Part shown: one piece after another, positions 1 to 14,750 of the stretch
Numbering within the stretch: the stretch's first letter is position 1
Layout of the letters: each line of letters opens with the position of its first letter
Program-made: the position numbers and the translations under genes
Notes under the pieces: generated by a model
What the model saw: the letters and a program-made list of their open reading frames with translations, nothing else
Databases searched by the model: none
Told to the model about the DNA's origin: nothing
Origin: Eledone cirrhosa
Lineage: Eukaryota
Assembly: GCA_964016885.1 (NCBI GenBank)
Contig: OZ024749.1
Location: 37,076,001-37,140,000 of the forward strand
Direction of reading: 5' to 3'
DNA length: 64,000 nucleotides

Positions 1-451
1 ATATATATATATATATATACAATATATTAATATATGCATATATGTATATATATATATATATATTTATGTAGGTGTGTGTGCATAATGTGTATATACATAT
101 ACACACACATACACACACATATAGACACAGGCAGACACAGATTCTCATTGACACAATACATGGGTTGATAATGAGGGTTATCTTACAAGTGGTAAGACCA
201 TTAGGGTTAGGGTCTCGTCAGCAACAACCACACACATATACTACACATATGCACATTTACACACATGCACACTTACACACATACACACATGCACACTTAC
301 ACACATACACACAAACATAATCTCTCCCTTTCTCTCTATTACACACTTTCTCAATTTTATATAGAAAGGAAGGGACATACATATACATATATGCATGTAT
401 ATATCTATACATACTTACATATGTTCTCCCCCACCATATATATATACACAT

Positions 452-909
<458 letters not shown>

Positions 910-915
910 ATATAT

Positions 916-966
916 AACCCGTGTTAAGAGTGAAAGCACCGATTCTTTGCTTAAACTTTAATCTCT

Positions 967-997
<31 letters not shown>

Positions 998-1027
998 GCG
1001 TATAGACAGACAGATATGCCTCCATAG

Positions 1028-1063
<36 letters not shown>

Positions 1064-1090
1064 GTATGGAGGCATATCTGTCTGTCTATA

Positions 1091-1162
<72 letters not shown>

Positions 1163-1211
1163 AGATTAAAGTTTAAGCAAAGAATCAGTGCTTTCACTCT
1201 TAACACGGGTT
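916..1211. repeat. Inverted duplication centred on a (TA)n tract
   Basis: 916-968 is the reverse complement of 1160-1211, and ~997-1033 of ~1059-1094; the centre is (TA)n at ~1035-1058. The same element end recurs at 45279-45317. Confidence 0.9.
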
Positions 1212-1297
1212 CTTCTGAAACTAAAAAAGTCAATCTGTGGACGCAGAAGTAAATATTTCAAAAAAAGTTGGATTTTAGTCTACAATTTTATTATTAT

Positions 1298-1340
<43 letters not shown>

Positions 1341-1609
1341 ATAACCGAGGTGTCCTACACGAGTGAAAGTATAAAGAAAAAATGATGAAATCGAAAATGC
1401 AACTGGAGTCTTATTTAAAAAAAAAATATATATATATATTTATATTTACATACATGTGTTTGTGAATGCGGGTGTATGTTTGTGTTCATGTGTGTGTGTC
1501 TGTGTATATATGTGTGTGTGTGTGTATGTTTATGTGTGTTTGTGTGTTTGTGTGTGTACTCACCCCTATTAAGGTTTATCTGTATTTTATCTTCTCCTGT
1601 TGACATTAG

Positions 1610-1826
1610 CCATGGTATGTTGCGCCTCTTACGGCAAATTAACAAATCACAATACTACTTACATATATCTATGTCTCTATATCATGTAGTATATATATAC
1701 ACCGACAATAACAAACAGATATATACCCAAATCACCATGGTATGTTGCCTACTTACATATATCTATGTCTCTATATCATGTAGTATATATACATCGACAA
1801 TAACAAACAGATATATACCCAAATCC
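1610..1826. repeat. Local direct duplication (~90-125 bp)
   Basis: tacttacatatatctatgtctctatatcatgtagtatata...gacaataacaaacagatatatacccaaatc occurs twice, each copy preceded by ccatggtatgttgc. Confidence 0.85.
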
Positions 1827-2808
1827 CTCGGACCAATATGATAAATATATGGTTCTCTGTCTTTAAAATGTTCACTTCACTGTAATGTATTTTCCGGTTC
1901 AATCTTGACACCAAGCTGGCGAAATCCGGCCTCTGGTACTACGAGAGAAATCCGCTCAGTTTGAAGAGTTCCTATTTGTAATAATATCATCTAACGTAAT
2001 TTTGTTACAAAGACAATATGTAAACTTACTAACTTAGTAATGAAATAATTAATAATTTTAGTAAATCCTTCGAAATTATTCTTGAATTAATTGAAATTGT
2101 GTGTTAGTCATTAGAAATACTGTGCAGAAAAGTTAAACCCATGGATGGGTCACTTGACGATCAGTTGTATTAGCTCTCCTATCTGGAACCTCCATCTTTA
2201 ATCTGACCGAGCACACATTGATAGGGAACTAGTGTTTATTATGGCCACAAGTCTTCATCGAAGTTAGCCTCTTGAATTTTACAGATAAGGTTAAATAGGC
2301 AAGAATGTTGTGAGACTGATGACTCAAAGGAATGCTGTTGGAGACTAAAATCAAAAGACTGCACCAAATTAAAACACAACTGGTTATATAGTGTTGTTTT
2401 GGACCACACATTAAAAACAGACACTGTGTAGAGGTCAGCTACCCACTCGATGTAAATGTAGTAAGAAAAATACAAAAGAAGCAGGATACCTACGGACCGT
2501 TGAGTTTACAATATATACGTTAAGCTCCATACATATTATTGGAACTACAATTTATATATCAACACGCATGAACTGAAATATAACTGAAGTGGAGTTTGCA
2601 GAGAAAGAACATAGCTCCTTCTTTCTTAAGCGACAAATGGCTGCAATATCTCGTACTTTCAAATTTGTAAAATAATATTAAGATTTAAAGAATGAACGAT
2701 TGCACAAGGAACTTCGAAAATTTCCTTTTTTCTTTACAAGTTTGCAACTGGGAAGGTGGCCTGTCAAAAATAAACTAACAATTCAGAGAAAGGGAAGAAG
2801 CATACATG

Positions 2809-2916
<108 letters not shown>

Positions 2917-3149
2917 TTTACATACATACATTCATACATTCATACATATACATACATAAATACACGTTGCTCGCACCAACCGGAGGTATATGGTCTTTAA
3001 AGCGATGAAATACCAATGATGGTTGGAAGATCACTGATGAAGGACTAACTTTATTCATATGTAACCCATTAGCAACCACGCAGCACGTTTATTCTCATAC
3101 ATACAAACATACATACACACACGCCCCCTCCCATATATATATATATATA

Positions 3150-3312
3150 GGAAATGCGTCAGGACCCCGACGGCTGAGCTCCGGTCGTTTCGACAGCTGG
3201 ATCCGAACTGTTCAGAGTCCTGACTCTTTTCCTATTACCCACTCTACTACCCCAAGTATCGAGTACTCTGGTGCGTTATGGTCCATCTGGTTCCTTACCA
3301 CTCTTTCTTTGC
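3150..3312 (+). mobile_element. Fold-back element, family H3 (second copy)
   Basis: Ends ...ggtccatctggttccttaccactctttctttgc, matching the reverse complement of 716-800. Short inverted arm ggaaa-tgcgtcaggac/gtcctgac-tctttttcc. HHR 3' half on minus strand at ~3163-3200. Confidence 0.7.
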
Positions 3313-3352
3313 TATACATACACACATATATATATATACATACATACATATA

Positions 3353-3958
3353 TGGTGGCTGCCAACTCGTTTTCGAGTACGGCCACTACTTTATATTCAT
3401 GCAGGAGAACCCCTACCAATGCGCTGAACAAGTGTGACTTTTTAGTCCAGCCAGCGACTTGAAAACTCTGGTACAAACACTACACTTGTGACAATTATTG
3501 ACACATAGTGCTGGGCCCATGGTTCCATGTGACAAGTGCAGAGAGATCTCCAGATATAGAGCAATGCCTGTGCCGTGAATCTTTTATAGTGAGCAAAGGC
3601 ACTGCACAAAGCCAGTCCCACTCTCTTAACCAAGATGATATTTACCAAAAAGAAGAACAAGTCAACATCAATGGATACCATCAGAGTTGCAGGTGTTATA
3701 TCAGAGTTTTTCTTCTCCTAGAATTCTGCCTTGACAAAGGCTAAGGGGTCATCTCTCCCGGTGATTTTGGATGGCCATTGACTCTTAAGAGCTCCTTTGC
3801 CCTTTGACAGGTTTTGTGTTTAGTCCTACAGGATGTCCAAAGTCACCCTCCTCACCAAGAAACCTTGGTGGGGTTGCCAGTTTAGTCGCCAACGACCCGA
3901 CCATGAGACAGGTTGTACTGGGATACATGTTACCAGTAGCACCAACTGGTGACCTGAC
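3353..3958. mobile_element. ~605 bp dispersed repeat (family C) flanked by (CATA)n; non-coding, possibly derived from a LINE UTR
   Basis: Near-identical copy at 13110-13718 with the same boundaries; partial copies at 35290-35620 and 46828-46968. Confidence 0.8.
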
Positions 3959-4014
3959 ATACATATATATACACATACATACGTACATACATATATATAC
4001 ACACATACATACTT

Positions 4015-4060
<46 letters not shown>

Positions 4061-4518
4061 GTATATACATACATATATAAGTGAACGTGTGTGTATGAAT
4101 ATTTGTATATAGTACTATCGATTCCATTGATATATCTAACTACTCTTATGACATGTTTATGTATCTACTCAATCGATATACTGTAACACTTCCCCTGTTC
4201 TGCTATACTCAGGTCAAAGAACGATTAGCCAAACATTACATTATTGTGTTGGCATAAAGCTCTGTTGTATATTAACAACAACATGGCAGGCGGTACAACG
4301 TAACAACACTATAACAGGTTTCATCAGTTGAACAGTTCTTTGGCAAAGTAAAATATTCAGCAAAAATATGTAACTAACTTTTGGATTAGCAAATATGGTG
4401 TGCGTGAACGGCGTGGGGCTTGTCTCGGTATGCCTGAACGAATGTGTCTGTATATATGTATTTTTATAAGTGAGTCCATGTTGAACTGGTTATCTATCTA
4501 TCTATCTATCTATCTATC

Positions 4519-4573
<55 letters not shown>

Positions 4574-4580
4574 ATCTATA

Positions 4581-4633
<53 letters not shown>

Positions 4634-4679
4634 ATCTATCTATTTATCTATCTATCTATCTTATCTCTCTCTCACCCCC

Positions 4680-4760
<81 letters not shown>

Positions 4761-4907
4761 TGTGTGTGTGCTATATGTATATATCTTTATATGTATGTAT
4801 GTGTGTATTTTGTATACGTATGTATAGGTGTATACGTTAAGAGAGTATATTAGTAAACATAATGTATTAAATGAAACAAGTATTTGTGTATATATTCACA
4901 TGTATTC

Positions 4908-5004
<97 letters not shown>

Positions 5005-5380
5005 TATGTATATATCCGATCAAGTGTCTTGATATATATCAATATATATATATATATATATATATGCCAATATATATCAATACATATATATATTTATATA
5101 TATATATGCAGGGGTGTTTGTTTATATGCATGGAAGAATGCATGTATGTATAATGATATGTGTGTGTGTGTGTGTGTGTGTGTGTATGCATGTATGTGTG
5201 TGTCTAGGTGTGTATGTGTGTGTGTTGGTATGAGCCGGATGTGGAGTATAGTCATGCAAGCAGGCCGTGTATTCCTCCTACAAAGAAGGAGAATACTTTA
5301 CCATTAGCTACGTTACACTGCTGCCAACCAGAGATCCGGTCGTCGAGGATTGCACACACACACACACACACACGCACACA

Positions 5381-5424
<44 letters not shown>

Positions 5425-5762
5425 CACACACACACACACACAATCTCATACACACACACAAACAATCTCATACACACATGCATGCGCCTGCATAAGTATG
5501 AGTATGTAGGTAAGTATGCAAATGTAAATGTATGCATGTAAATATGTATATATATATGTGTGTGTGTGTGTATGTGTATGCATTTATATGTAGAAATATG
5601 TATATATATATGTATATGTATATATACATATGTATATATATATACATATTTATACATATGTATATATATGTATATATATATATATGTATAGATATATGTA
5701 TATATATATATATATGTGTGTATAAATATATATATGTATATATATATGTGTATATACGTATA

Positions 5763-5809
<47 letters not shown>

Positions 5810-5823
5810 GTATATATATATAT

Positions 5824-5885
<62 letters not shown>

Positions 5886-5926
5886 GTATATATATATGTA
5901 TGTATATATATGTATATATGTATATA

Positions 5927-6010
<84 letters not shown>

Positions 6011-6036
6011 TATGTGTATACACATATATATACGTA

Positions 6037-6142
<106 letters not shown>

Positions 6143-6299
6143 CACACAAAGGGGAGGAGACTCTTACAACACATCTCTTTATGATGAGATACATTTAGGT
6201 CTTCCGGTGAAATATACAGACATAAACAGCAGATAGACGGACACACTCATACAGAGAGACTGATGTGTGTTATGTATATATGTATATATATATAAACAC

Positions 6300-6449
<150 letters not shown>

Positions 6450-6582
6450 ATATACATATATATAAGGATTAAAATACTGGAGCGTGTTGGAGTTAAACAC
6501 CCTCTTCGTATTATAGAAATGACAGAAAAAGGTATAGCTCAATGTAATTAAACAGAGCCGATATTATATAGTATTATATAAT

Positions 6583-6700
6583 TCTGAGTTCAAATTCCGC
6601 CGAGGTTAACTTTGCCTTTCATCCTTACGGGGTCGATAAAATAAAGTACCAGTATGCACTGGGTAATTGCTGGCCTTGTGCCAAACGTAGAAACAATTAT
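6583..6700 (+). mobile_element. tRNA-derived SINE family A, 5'-truncated
   Basis: B-box gagttcaaattcc, core gcctttcatccttacggggtcgataaaataaagtaccag, tail gtagaaacaattat; 13-bp direct repeat atagtattatata at 6568-6580 and 6701-6713. Confidence 0.9.
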
Positions 6701-6924
6701 ATAGTATTATATATAATTCCTGCTCTATATAACCACCTTTGTTTAGCTCTAGTTTTTTTTTGCTTTGGACTATATTTGTAATATGGTTCTAAATGTTATA
6801 CACCTCCTTAGTGATTTTTATTATATATTTTTACCCATAATCTTGCAATACTTTAGTGTATGTACACTCCATATTCTTCGGGGTTTTCGGCTTGTATTGG
6901 CCGATAATACTTCTTGTTGTTTTA

Positions 6925-6969
6925 ATTGCCCTGATGAGTCCTTAATAGGACGAAACAGTGTTGGCTAAT
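6925..6969 (+). ncRNA. Minimal type-I hammerhead ribozyme
   Basis: auuGCC-CUGAUGA-GUCC uuaaua GGAC-GAA-AC agu GU-U-GGC(u)aau. Intact core and 4-bp stem II; near-palindromic stem III ACAGUGU; GUU site; overlapping AATAAA; (TA)n ~45 nt downstream. Confidence 0.85.
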
Positions 6970-7034
6970 AAAGATTTTTGATGTATTGAAGACTTCTTTG
7001 TTTTACTTTCATAATATATATATATATATATATA

Positions 7035-7309
7035 TTCATTCAAAATATTAACAAAAATAGAACTTCATTGTGATCAAGTATATTTTATTATACATATTTC
7101 AGAAGTACTGAGGTAACTTCAACACTACGTCCTCATCAGATAAAAAAAGATGATGCATGACATACCCTGACATAGTAGATGGTTAAGATCCAGTCATGGA
7201 TCTTAACCATCTACTATGTCAGGGTGTGTCATGTCATCAGTTGAGTGCTTCCATTCTATTGTAAAACTAATTCTTTGATTTATTCATCGAACCTTGTTTT
7301 ACCTTTAAA

Positions 7310-7312
<3 letters not shown>
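7035..7312. mobile_element. Fold-back HHR element, family H1 (right arm internally deleted)
   Basis: Hairpin gacataccctgacatagtagatggttaagatcc-agtcat-ggatcttaaccatctactatgtcagggtgtgtc. Left arm matches 38640-38790; right end matches the reverse complement of 38539-38610; (TA)n on both sides. Confidence 0.85.
7081..7147 (-). ncRNA. Minimal type-I hammerhead ribozyme (family H1)
   Basis: Minus strand: uuUUUUAU-CUGAUGA-stem II-GAA-AUAUGUAU-A-AUAAAAua; stem II slightly degenerate. Confidence 0.75.
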
Positions 7313-7358
<46 letters not shown>

Positions 7359-7363
<5 letters not shown>

Positions 7364-7635
7364 AATGAAGTAATTCCGTCGGAAAGGTCCAGGTAAAAAG
7401 AGTGCTCTATGTAGGTTACAGAGCTTATTAGTTATGTAATAAACAACATTGTTTTTTGTTACATTACTATATATATATATATATATAATTATACTCTGCT
7501 ATTTATTGAGTACCTTACTTACTGTGGTTACCTCCGATTCAACCCGGAATAACTTCCCTATATATCTATATATATTTATATATATATACGTATGTATGTA
7601 TGTATTATATATATATATATATATATATATTGGGA

Positions 7636-7691
<56 letters not shown>

Positions 7692-7900
7692 AAGTTATTC
7701 CGGGTTGAATCGGAGATAACCACAGTAAGTAAGGTACTCAATACATACCACAGTATAATTATATATATATATATATATATAGTAATGTAACAAAAAACAT
7801 AAGATAATTATCTTATGTTGTTTATTACATAACTAATAAGCTCTGTAACCTACATAGATCACTCTTTTTTCCTGGACCTTTCCGACGGAATTACTTCATT

Positions 7901-7905
<5 letters not shown>
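7359..7905. repeat. ~550 bp nested inverted duplication A-B-(TA)n-B'-A'
   Basis: 7359-7468 pairs with 7781-7905 and 7488-7559 with 7688-7760; spacers and centre are (TA)n. Related fragments at 21906-22066, ~35181-35205 and ~60023-60039. Confidence 0.9.
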
Positions 7906-7986
<81 letters not shown>

Positions 7987-8046
7987 TGTGTGTGTGGAGA
8001 GATAGAGTGAGAGAAAGAAATGAAAGAAAGAGAGTGAGTGAGAGAT

Positions 8047-8099
<53 letters not shown>

Positions 8100-8675
8100 A
8101 AAGTGTCTCAAATGTGCATATGTATCCATCTATTTATCTATCTTCATATATATATATATATATATGTGTGTGGGAGGGGGGGTATGTGTGAGTGTGTGTG
8201 TGTGTGTGCGTGTGAGTGTGTGTGTGTGTGTAAAGATAGCGAGGTGAGAGAGAAAAAGAAAGAATTAAAGTGTGAGAGACAGAGTGGAGTTAGATAGATA
8301 CTCATTTAGTTAGACATGTGTAGATATTGATAGATACATATACAGGTACAAATCGATAGATGTAATAGACATATAGATAAAAGATAAGTCTGATAGACGC
8401 TGTGATTTACAATGTTCTCTAAAAGATTCATTGCTTTGCTCAGCAGGTTGCCTGGTGAGATCCTTCAAACGTCATTGATGAAACCTCGTATTTTTATGTA
8501 TAAATCAAAATGAAATAATGCTTTCAACCATCTTTGCAGCTAAGTAATATACAGCTATTAAACCATATCAGTGAGATGGCCTACTCAACACAAATGGCTA
8601 TACAGAGAAATAGCTAGCCAGTTAGTACCGATGATGTTTCGTTAAGTTATCGTTATATTAAGTCAACTCTCTCCT

Positions 8676-8972
8676 AGGGTGTTCGGCTTACCATCGTGTG
8701 GTCGAGAGTTCGTTTTCCGGCGGGGTTTTTGTTCTTGAGCAAGACACTTTATTTCATGTTGCTCCAATACACAAAGGTGGCAAAAATGCGTTGTATTCGT
8801 AAATCAATAGGCTAGCCTTGTCACAGCCAGCATCTTGCTGAATCTCCCTGTGGAATACGTTATGGGTATATATGTCCGTGGTATGTTCAGCAACTCGCAT
8901 GTTGATTACTCAAGCAGGTTGTTCCGTTGATTGAATCAGCTTGAATAGTCGTCGTCGTAACAGACGGAGTTC
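8676..8972 (+). mobile_element. tRNA-derived SINE family B (CORE-like), degenerate
   Basis: B-box-like gagttcg followed by CORE-like ttcttgagcaagacactttatttcatgttgctcc, shared with the 45541 and 54238 copies. Confidence 0.7.
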
Positions 8973-9427
8973 CAACACACACATTATCGTAGTGTCATGT
9001 TGAAGAATTTAGTTGAGAAGTGCATTAAGGGTACACGTGTTTGTAGAGTACCCAGACACTTGACTTTAATTTCAGGAGCAGCTGGTTCCATTGATCCAAC
9101 AACTGGAAACCTCGTATTTACATAAAACGAAGAGAAAAATAAAATGCACCACGGTGTGATAAATAAGAAACCCAACAGATCAAACATCCCCCCGACCTCC
9201 AAGAGCCATATAGGCAAGTGGCCATCTATCTTCTATTCTCTACAGTCTACAGGTGCATACTTAGAGTAGCCCCATTCACTTAGGCTATTCTCGCTAAATT
9301 CACCCACCTTTTAACAAATATACTGGGTAGTGGGGCACCAAATATTTTGCCGCACACTTCACCTTCTTTTCCACGTGGAACTTGAAAAGATTGATGAAGG
9401 CTAATCAAAAAGGAATGTTTCTAATAA

Positions 9428-9865
9428 ATAATTGTTTCTACTTTAGGCACAAAGCCAGCAATTTCCCAGTGCATTACTGGTACTTTATTTTATCGACCCC
9501 GTAAGGATGAAAGGCAAAGTTAACCTCGGCGGGATTTGAACCCAAGCAACAAAGGGCCGTAACTCCATGCTGCAAAGTATGGCGTCCGACCCTCTACTGA
9601 AACTGTCAATCCACCGCCCTGTTTCTAATATATAATAGCAATAATAACGGTTTCTTATATAGGCACAAGGCCAGCAATTTTGGGGGAGGGGAAAGTCGAC
9701 TAAATCGACCCAAGTGTGTGACTGGTACTTTATTTGATCGACCCCGTAAGGATGAACGGCAATGTTAACCTCGGCGAGATTTGAACTCAGATGATAAAGG
9801 GCCGCAACTCTGTGCTGCAAAGCATGGTGTCCTACCCTCTACTGATACTGCCGATCCACCACGCT
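9428..9865 (-). mobile_element. Two tandem SINE family A copies (9428-9620, ~9645-9865)
   Basis: Reverse-complement match to family A; gtttctaa motif repeated at the three junctions. Confidence 0.9.
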
Positions 9866-9906
9866 GTTTCTAAAACATAATAACAATAACAACAACAATA
9901 AATATT

Positions 9907-9958
<52 letters not shown>

Positions 9959-10175
9959 AGAGCGAGAGAGATATATATATAGAGAGAGAGAGCGAGAGTG
10001 TGTGTAGGTCAGAATGTTTGCATCAGCTCCAATAATGTGACTTCTCAAATAACATATTACTGTAGGTCGTACGTGGAACCGTGTAGTTTCACCTGCAAAC
10101 TGGACTTATTTATTGCATACTTCACTGAAATAGAATTCCTTAAATATCATATAATGGCTTTAAATACACCCACAA

Positions 10176-10244
<69 letters not shown>

Positions 10245-10246
<2 letters not shown>

Positions 10247-11185
10247 GTGTGGTGTCGTGTCATGTGCTGTGCTATGGTGTGGTGTAGTATAGTGTAGTGT
10301 AGTGTGGTGTGGTGTGGTGCATTGTACTGTAGTGTGGTGTGGTGTAGGGAGGTATGGTGTGGCATGGTGTGGTGTTGTGTAGTCTGGTGTAGTGTGGTGT
10401 AGTGTAGTGTCGTGTGATGTAGTGTAGTGTGGTGTAGTGTTCTGCGCTGTGGTGTGGTATAGTGTAGTGCGGTGTAGTGTAGTGTAGTGTCGTGTGATGT
10501 AGTGTGGTGTGGTGTAGTGTTCTGCGCTGTGGTGTGGTATAGTGTAGTGCGGTGTAGTGTAGTGTCGTGTGATGTAGTGTGGTGTGGTGTAGTGTTCTGC
10601 GCTGTGGTGTGGTATAGTGTAGTGTAGTGCGGTGTAGTGTAGTGTAGTGTCGTGTGATGTAGTGTAGTGTGGTGTAGTGTTCTGCGCTGTGGTGTGGTAT
10701 AGTGTAGTGTAGTGCGGTGTAGTGTAGTGTAGTGTCGTGTGATGTAGTGTGGTGTGGTGTAGTGTTCTGCGCTGTGGTGTGGTATAGTGTAGTGTAGTGC
10801 GGTGTAGTGTAGTGTAGTGTCGTGTGATGTAGTGTAGTGTGGTGTAGTGTTCTGCGCTGTGGTGTGGTCTAGTGTAGTGTAGTGCGGTGTAGTGTAGTGT
10901 AGTGTCGTGTGATGTAGTGTAGTGTGGTGTAGTGTTCTGCGCTGTGGTGTGGTATAGTGTAGTGTAGTGCGGTGTAGTGTAGTGTAGTGTCGTGTGATGT
11001 AGTGTAGTGTGGTGTAGTGTTCTGCGCTGTGGTGTGGTATAGTGTAGTGTAGTGCGGTGTAGTGTAGTGTAGTGTCGTGTGATGTAGTGTAGTGTGGTGT
11101 AGTGTTCTGCGCTGTGGTGTGGTATAGTGTAGTGTAGTGCGGTGTAGTGTAGTGTAGTGTGGTGTGATGTAGTGTGGTGTGGTTG
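10245..11185. repeat. Pentamer (GTAGT/GTGGT) satellite with a higher-order ~85 bp period
   Basis: Marker tctgcgc at 10441, 10521, 10596, then every 85 bp up to 11106. Confidence 0.95.
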
Positions 11186-11409
11186 GCTACGATTATATAA
11201 TTACCCTCAAATATATCAGTTGTCAGTGGAGATGTCGTAAAGTTTAGCGGTGAATTGATTCCTCCTCCACATTGATATACACACACGCGCGCACACACAC
11301 ACACACGCACGCACGCACACAAACACACACACACACTCACATACACGCACGAACACACTCACGCACACACACACACATATATCTACTTATGCTTGTACAT
11401 GAATAATAT

Positions 11410-11461
<52 letters not shown>

Positions 11462-11523
11462 CACATAGATACGTATATCTTATATCTATGTGTATGTAAA
11501 ATATCAATATGTATGTGTATATA

Positions 11524-11571
<48 letters not shown>

Positions 11572-11572
11572 T

Positions 11573-11624
<52 letters not shown>

Positions 11625-11659
11625 ATATATACATGTATATATATATATATATATATACA

Positions 11660-11716
<57 letters not shown>

Positions 11717-13109
11717 ATTTATGTGTATATATATATGTATGTATGTGTATATATATATATACATGTATGTATGTGTACATACACCCATCTATCCCTACAT
11801 ACATACATGCATGCATATGCATTGGCGAACGAACGGACATGTCTTTCCAATCCTCAAAGTAAATTTTCGTGGTGTTGAATGTTTACGATCTCAAAATGGA
11901 GGTTGTTTCAACGCTTGATGACGTCAGCGCTTGTAACAGCTTGGTTTGTAATGCATCTTAATAGCTTTTAAATCACTCTCAACGCATCTCTTTATACCTT
12001 TTCCTTCTCAACTAGAAGTATAAAATAAAGTTGTTCTTTTATTGCTACTGATTCTCTTGCTCAAGTTTCCCATTTAGATTTTAGAATATATTTATTATAC
12101 TTTTGATTTTTTCACATTTCAGTGAGAGAGTGGAGAGAGGGAAAAACAGGGTGGTATTTTATGCCTTGTATTTCTCTTATCGCTGTTATATATATATATA
12201 TATATTTTTTTGTATTATTTCAGGTGACTTAATTTTTCCGTTTTTATTACATGCTTTCACTAAACCATCGAGCACAGATCTATTTGCCTTTTATTGGTGT
12301 AGTGTTCAGTTTTCTTTTATTATTGAATGTCCTCTACCTAATATGTATGCAGTGACTAGTAGTGCTGTTTTCTGCATGCCATATATTTCTGCAATTCCTG
12401 GGTATTTACATATATATTGGTCTACATCTGTTTTAAACCGTTCCCAGCAACCTATTTATCATAGGGTTTGTTTCTCTTCTCAATACACAACGAAATTCTA
12501 TTTCGAGTTCTTTATATTTGAATAATGTCTCCGCTTTTTTATTTTATAGATCCATCAATCTACACATGGCTACTTAACACCTGGTGGACTCCTAGGGACG
12601 CCGTCGTGACATACGGCATGACTTGGGCATTTATATTTAAAAGAACCCATTTCTTTCCAGGTATTAGAGATACAATAATTTTGAACCAGTCTTCCAGGAA
12701 TAGTTTCCAGTTTTATTTTATATAACAAGTTTACATGCATTCATAGATACATACATGTATGCAAGTAAACACGACTAGTTAGGAAATTACAAGTACAATC
12801 CATTAATGGAAAAGTAAAAATATGTAAAACATTCCAAAAATTCTGCATCTAATATCTGCATATACACATGTAAAGATACAAAGCATATGCACATATGCAA
12901 ATCAACATATACACATCCACACATACAATAACATCCACACCTACACACACATGCAGACATACATACATATCTACCTAGTTGATGTTGTGTAAATTCCAAT
13001 GAGAGAGTCTTGTGTCTATGTCAGAAACCGACTTTCTCTCTATTAGCAAACATTTGTGAAATTATAAAACCAGAACATACATATATACATACATACATAT
13101 ATACATATA

Positions 13110-13718
13110 TGGTGGCTGCCAACTCGTTTTCGAGTACGGCCACTACTTTATATCCATGTAGGAGAACCCCTACCGATGCGCTGAACGAATGTGACTTTTT
13201 AGTCCAGCCAGCGACTTGAAAACTCTGGTACAAACACTACACTTGTGACAATTATTGACACATAGTGCTGGGCCCATGGTACCATGTGATGACAAGTGCA
13301 GAGAGATCTCCAGATATAAAGCAATGCCTGTGCCGTGAATCTTTTATAGTGTGCAAAGGCACTGCACAAAGCCAGTCCCACTCTCTTAACCAAGATGATA
13401 TTTACCAAAAAGAAGAACAAGTCAACATCAATGGATACCATCAGGGTTGCAGGTGTTATATCAGAGTTTTCCTTCTCCTAGAATTCTGCCTTGACAAAGG
13501 TTAGGGGGTCATCTCTCCCGGTGATTTTGGATGGCCATTGACTCTTAAGAAGTCCTTTGCCCTTTGACAGGTTTTGTTTTTAGTCCTGCAGGATGTCCAA
13601 AGTCACCCTCCTCACCAAGAAACCTTGGTGGGGTTGCCAGTTTAGTCGCCAACGACCCGACCATGAGACAGGTTGTACTGGGATACATGTTATCAGTAGC
13701 ACCAACTGGTGACCTGAC
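13110..13718. mobile_element. Family C repeat, second full copy
   Basis: Collinear with 3353-3958; (CATA)n flanks. Confidence 0.85.
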
Positions 13719-14243
13719 ATATATACATATATACATACATACATACATACATACAAACATACATACAAACATAAATACATACATACATACATACATACAT
13801 ACAATCATACACATACAAACCAACATACGTATATGTACACATATATACATTTATTACTATTCGTTTATATAGTTTATTAATACTGAGTTAATGTAGCATT
13901 TTTAATATGAAAAATAATATACCACGTTACCACATCTCATAAATTCACACACCAGATAGAATAATAACAATAACAACGAAAATAGTAATAAAATATTAGA
14001 GGAAATGTCTCGTCACGTGATTCATTTATTACGAAATCGATTTGTCCGCCATGATGTTGAACAGATACATCGTGTCCAACATTTTCTTGTACAAACACAG
14101 TAAGTTGGAGATTGTTGGCAAGTTCATGAGAATAAATATCGAACCATCTATTGTATATAATGTTTATATGGGTAGCAACAGATACACACAAAAACACAAA
14201 CATATATATATATATACATACATATATACACATATATATAAAA

Positions 14244-14276
<33 letters not shown>

Positions 14277-14282
14277 CACACT

Positions 14283-14351
<69 letters not shown>

Positions 14352-14369
14352 GTATATGTATATATATAA

Positions 14370-14410
<41 letters not shown>

Positions 14411-14446
14411 TATATTTATATATATATATATTTATTTATATATATT

Positions 14447-14512
<66 letters not shown>

Positions 14513-14697
14513 CATATATATATATGTATGTATATATATATATACATATATATATGTATATACATATATATATTTAGGTATGCATACACACATGATATTA
14601 TGGATACATATTTATTCAAAAATGATAATGCAATCGTGCACACACATACATAAATATATATACATAAATATATAGACATATAAATTATATATATATA

Positions 14698-14750
<53 letters not shown>

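Noticed and set aside
195-227. Minus-strand CUGACGA-GACC..GGUC hammerhead start, including two TTAGGG
   Set aside because: GAAA is replaced by TTAC, so at best a decayed HHR; two hexamers are too few for a telomeric repeat.
3830-3958. HDV-like ribozyme at the end of family C (CCAGU..CUAA-ACUGG on minus)
   Set aside because: P1 and P1.1 cannot be placed in canonical order.
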